Shown here one piece after another: positions 50,041 to 51,134 of a DNA stretch of 51,134 nt. The first letter of the stretch is position 1. The number at the start of each line of letters is the position of its first letter. Location of the stretch: assembly GCA_030141605.1 (NCBI GenBank), contig JAQGDQ010001264.1:1-51134 (forward strand). Direction: 5' to 3'. Below the pieces are notes generated by a model, which saw nothing but the letters and a program-made list of their open reading frames with translations, did not search any database and was not told the origin of the DNA. This DNA is from Tubiluchus corallicola. Taxonomy: Eukaryota; Animalia; Priapulida. The position numbers were made by a program, and so were the translations under genes.

Positions 50041-50057
50041 TGGAAACTACGCTAAGT
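49960..50057. repeat. Palindrome with a (TA)n core
   Basis: acttagcatagtttccacc-(TA)n-ggtggaaactacgctaagt. Confidence 0.85.
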
Positions 50058-50276
50058 GGAAAATATTTGCATACAAATGTATACAAATACGGATATCTCT
50101 GAGTTACAAAGCTAAGACATTCTGTTTAACAAGAACATATTAATGGCGACTGAAAATAAACAAAATGATAGATTAAGAGATCTGTTATTGCCGCAAACAT
50201 TAATTCATACCAGAACTTCCTTGTTTAACCCTCGACCACCGGAATGCGGGTGCAAAAATGCCCCAAGCATGTTTAT

Positions 50277-50455
50277 TTAAAGGAAGACAGGATGACTTTT
50301 CATATACCATCCCATTTTAAAATACGATAAAAAACATACATTTTAACACAATTAAAACCGCAAAAGCGTTTCTGATAGTTAAATAATAGATTAAACTCTT
50401 ACTTAATGACAGGAGAGCCCAATTATTGATGACATCACAAACGAACATAGTTTTA
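50277..50455 (+). mobile_element. Family K1 MITE end fragment
   Basis: TTAA-AGGAAGACAGGATGACTTTCATATAC..., homologous to 28514-28680. Confidence 0.7.
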
Positions 50456-50744
50456 GACGTTATTTATTCTTACCAGTAACATAACGATTTTTGTTATTTG
50501 GCGGTGGTAGTTGTCCCGTCAAAGGCTTATTAGACGTCTCAATGTTCATATAATACTCTTCTGTAATGAAAGACCATAAGCGATATCAGAAACATGTAGC
50601 AAAAAACGCAAATTTAATAACCCAAGATATTTTTCAGCCAAGTATTGATGTGCTGATTTAAACTTGTGTTGCCCCCTCTTTTCTGTTATAAACTGGTTTC
50701 CTTTTAAACAGGTCATGTGACCGATCTTTTACTTGTACACTTAC

Positions 50745-50769
50745 CTGTAGATTGGAGTAACTCAGGCAT
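50745..50769 (-). CDS. Putative first coding exon of the FYB-like gene or isoform
   Basis: tgaATGCCTGAGTTACTCCAATCTACAG|gtaagt; MPELLQST plus a phase-1 G that joins the microexon in frame; in-frame TGA immediately upstream. Confidence 0.5.
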
Positions 50770-51134
50770 TCACACACTGCAGTGACAGATTGTTTAGCGT
50801 CATTCATTGATTCGTTGTTATAATTTCATAATTACACTTATAGAAGATCACCATGTAAGTTGATTTATTAATTTCTTAAATCTTGAACCTTTGTTTATTA
50901 AAAAGACTAGAGATTAGATTTTATAATTTGCGTAAAACTTTGTTAAAGTTAATTAGATCAATTTGGTTTAGATTTCACCGTAAAATTGAGCTAAATTATA
51001 TAAAATTATCTGATTTGTTTTCAGATTAAACGATACAAGCTACAGAATTATGTTGTTGGAGATTTTTTTATAAGAAGGTAGCACAATTGATTTTGTCGGA
51101 CAATCTGCATAACGCTCAATATACATCGTCAAGA

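Overview
AT-rich, repeat-dense eukaryotic (animal, probably invertebrate) genomic DNA; nothing indicates a prokaryotic origin. The left half is an SLC1/EAAT glutamate-transporter cluster. It holds one complete 7-exon gene (+, 8935-21044, about 562 aa) and the last two exons of a diverged paralog (+, 1283-2903). A near-identical inverted copy of the complete gene's upstream region and exon 1 (-, 1-~1206) abuts those two exons. In the middle, a ~74-copy 37-bp array of promoter-type motifs lies between two divergent putative first exons. The right end has exons of a FYB/ADAP-like hSH3 adaptor gene (-) and a 5S-rRNA-headed SINE-like element. The remainder is MITEs (Tc1/mariner, pogo-like, hAT-like, TTAA-targeting), LINE 3' fragments, telomere-like repeats and minisatellites. 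Several minisatellites appear to be local amplifications of functional sequence: a splice donor, a promoter module, a LINE fragment and a tRNA B-box. Exon and repeat coordinates were read by eye, and repeat boundaries are approximate.
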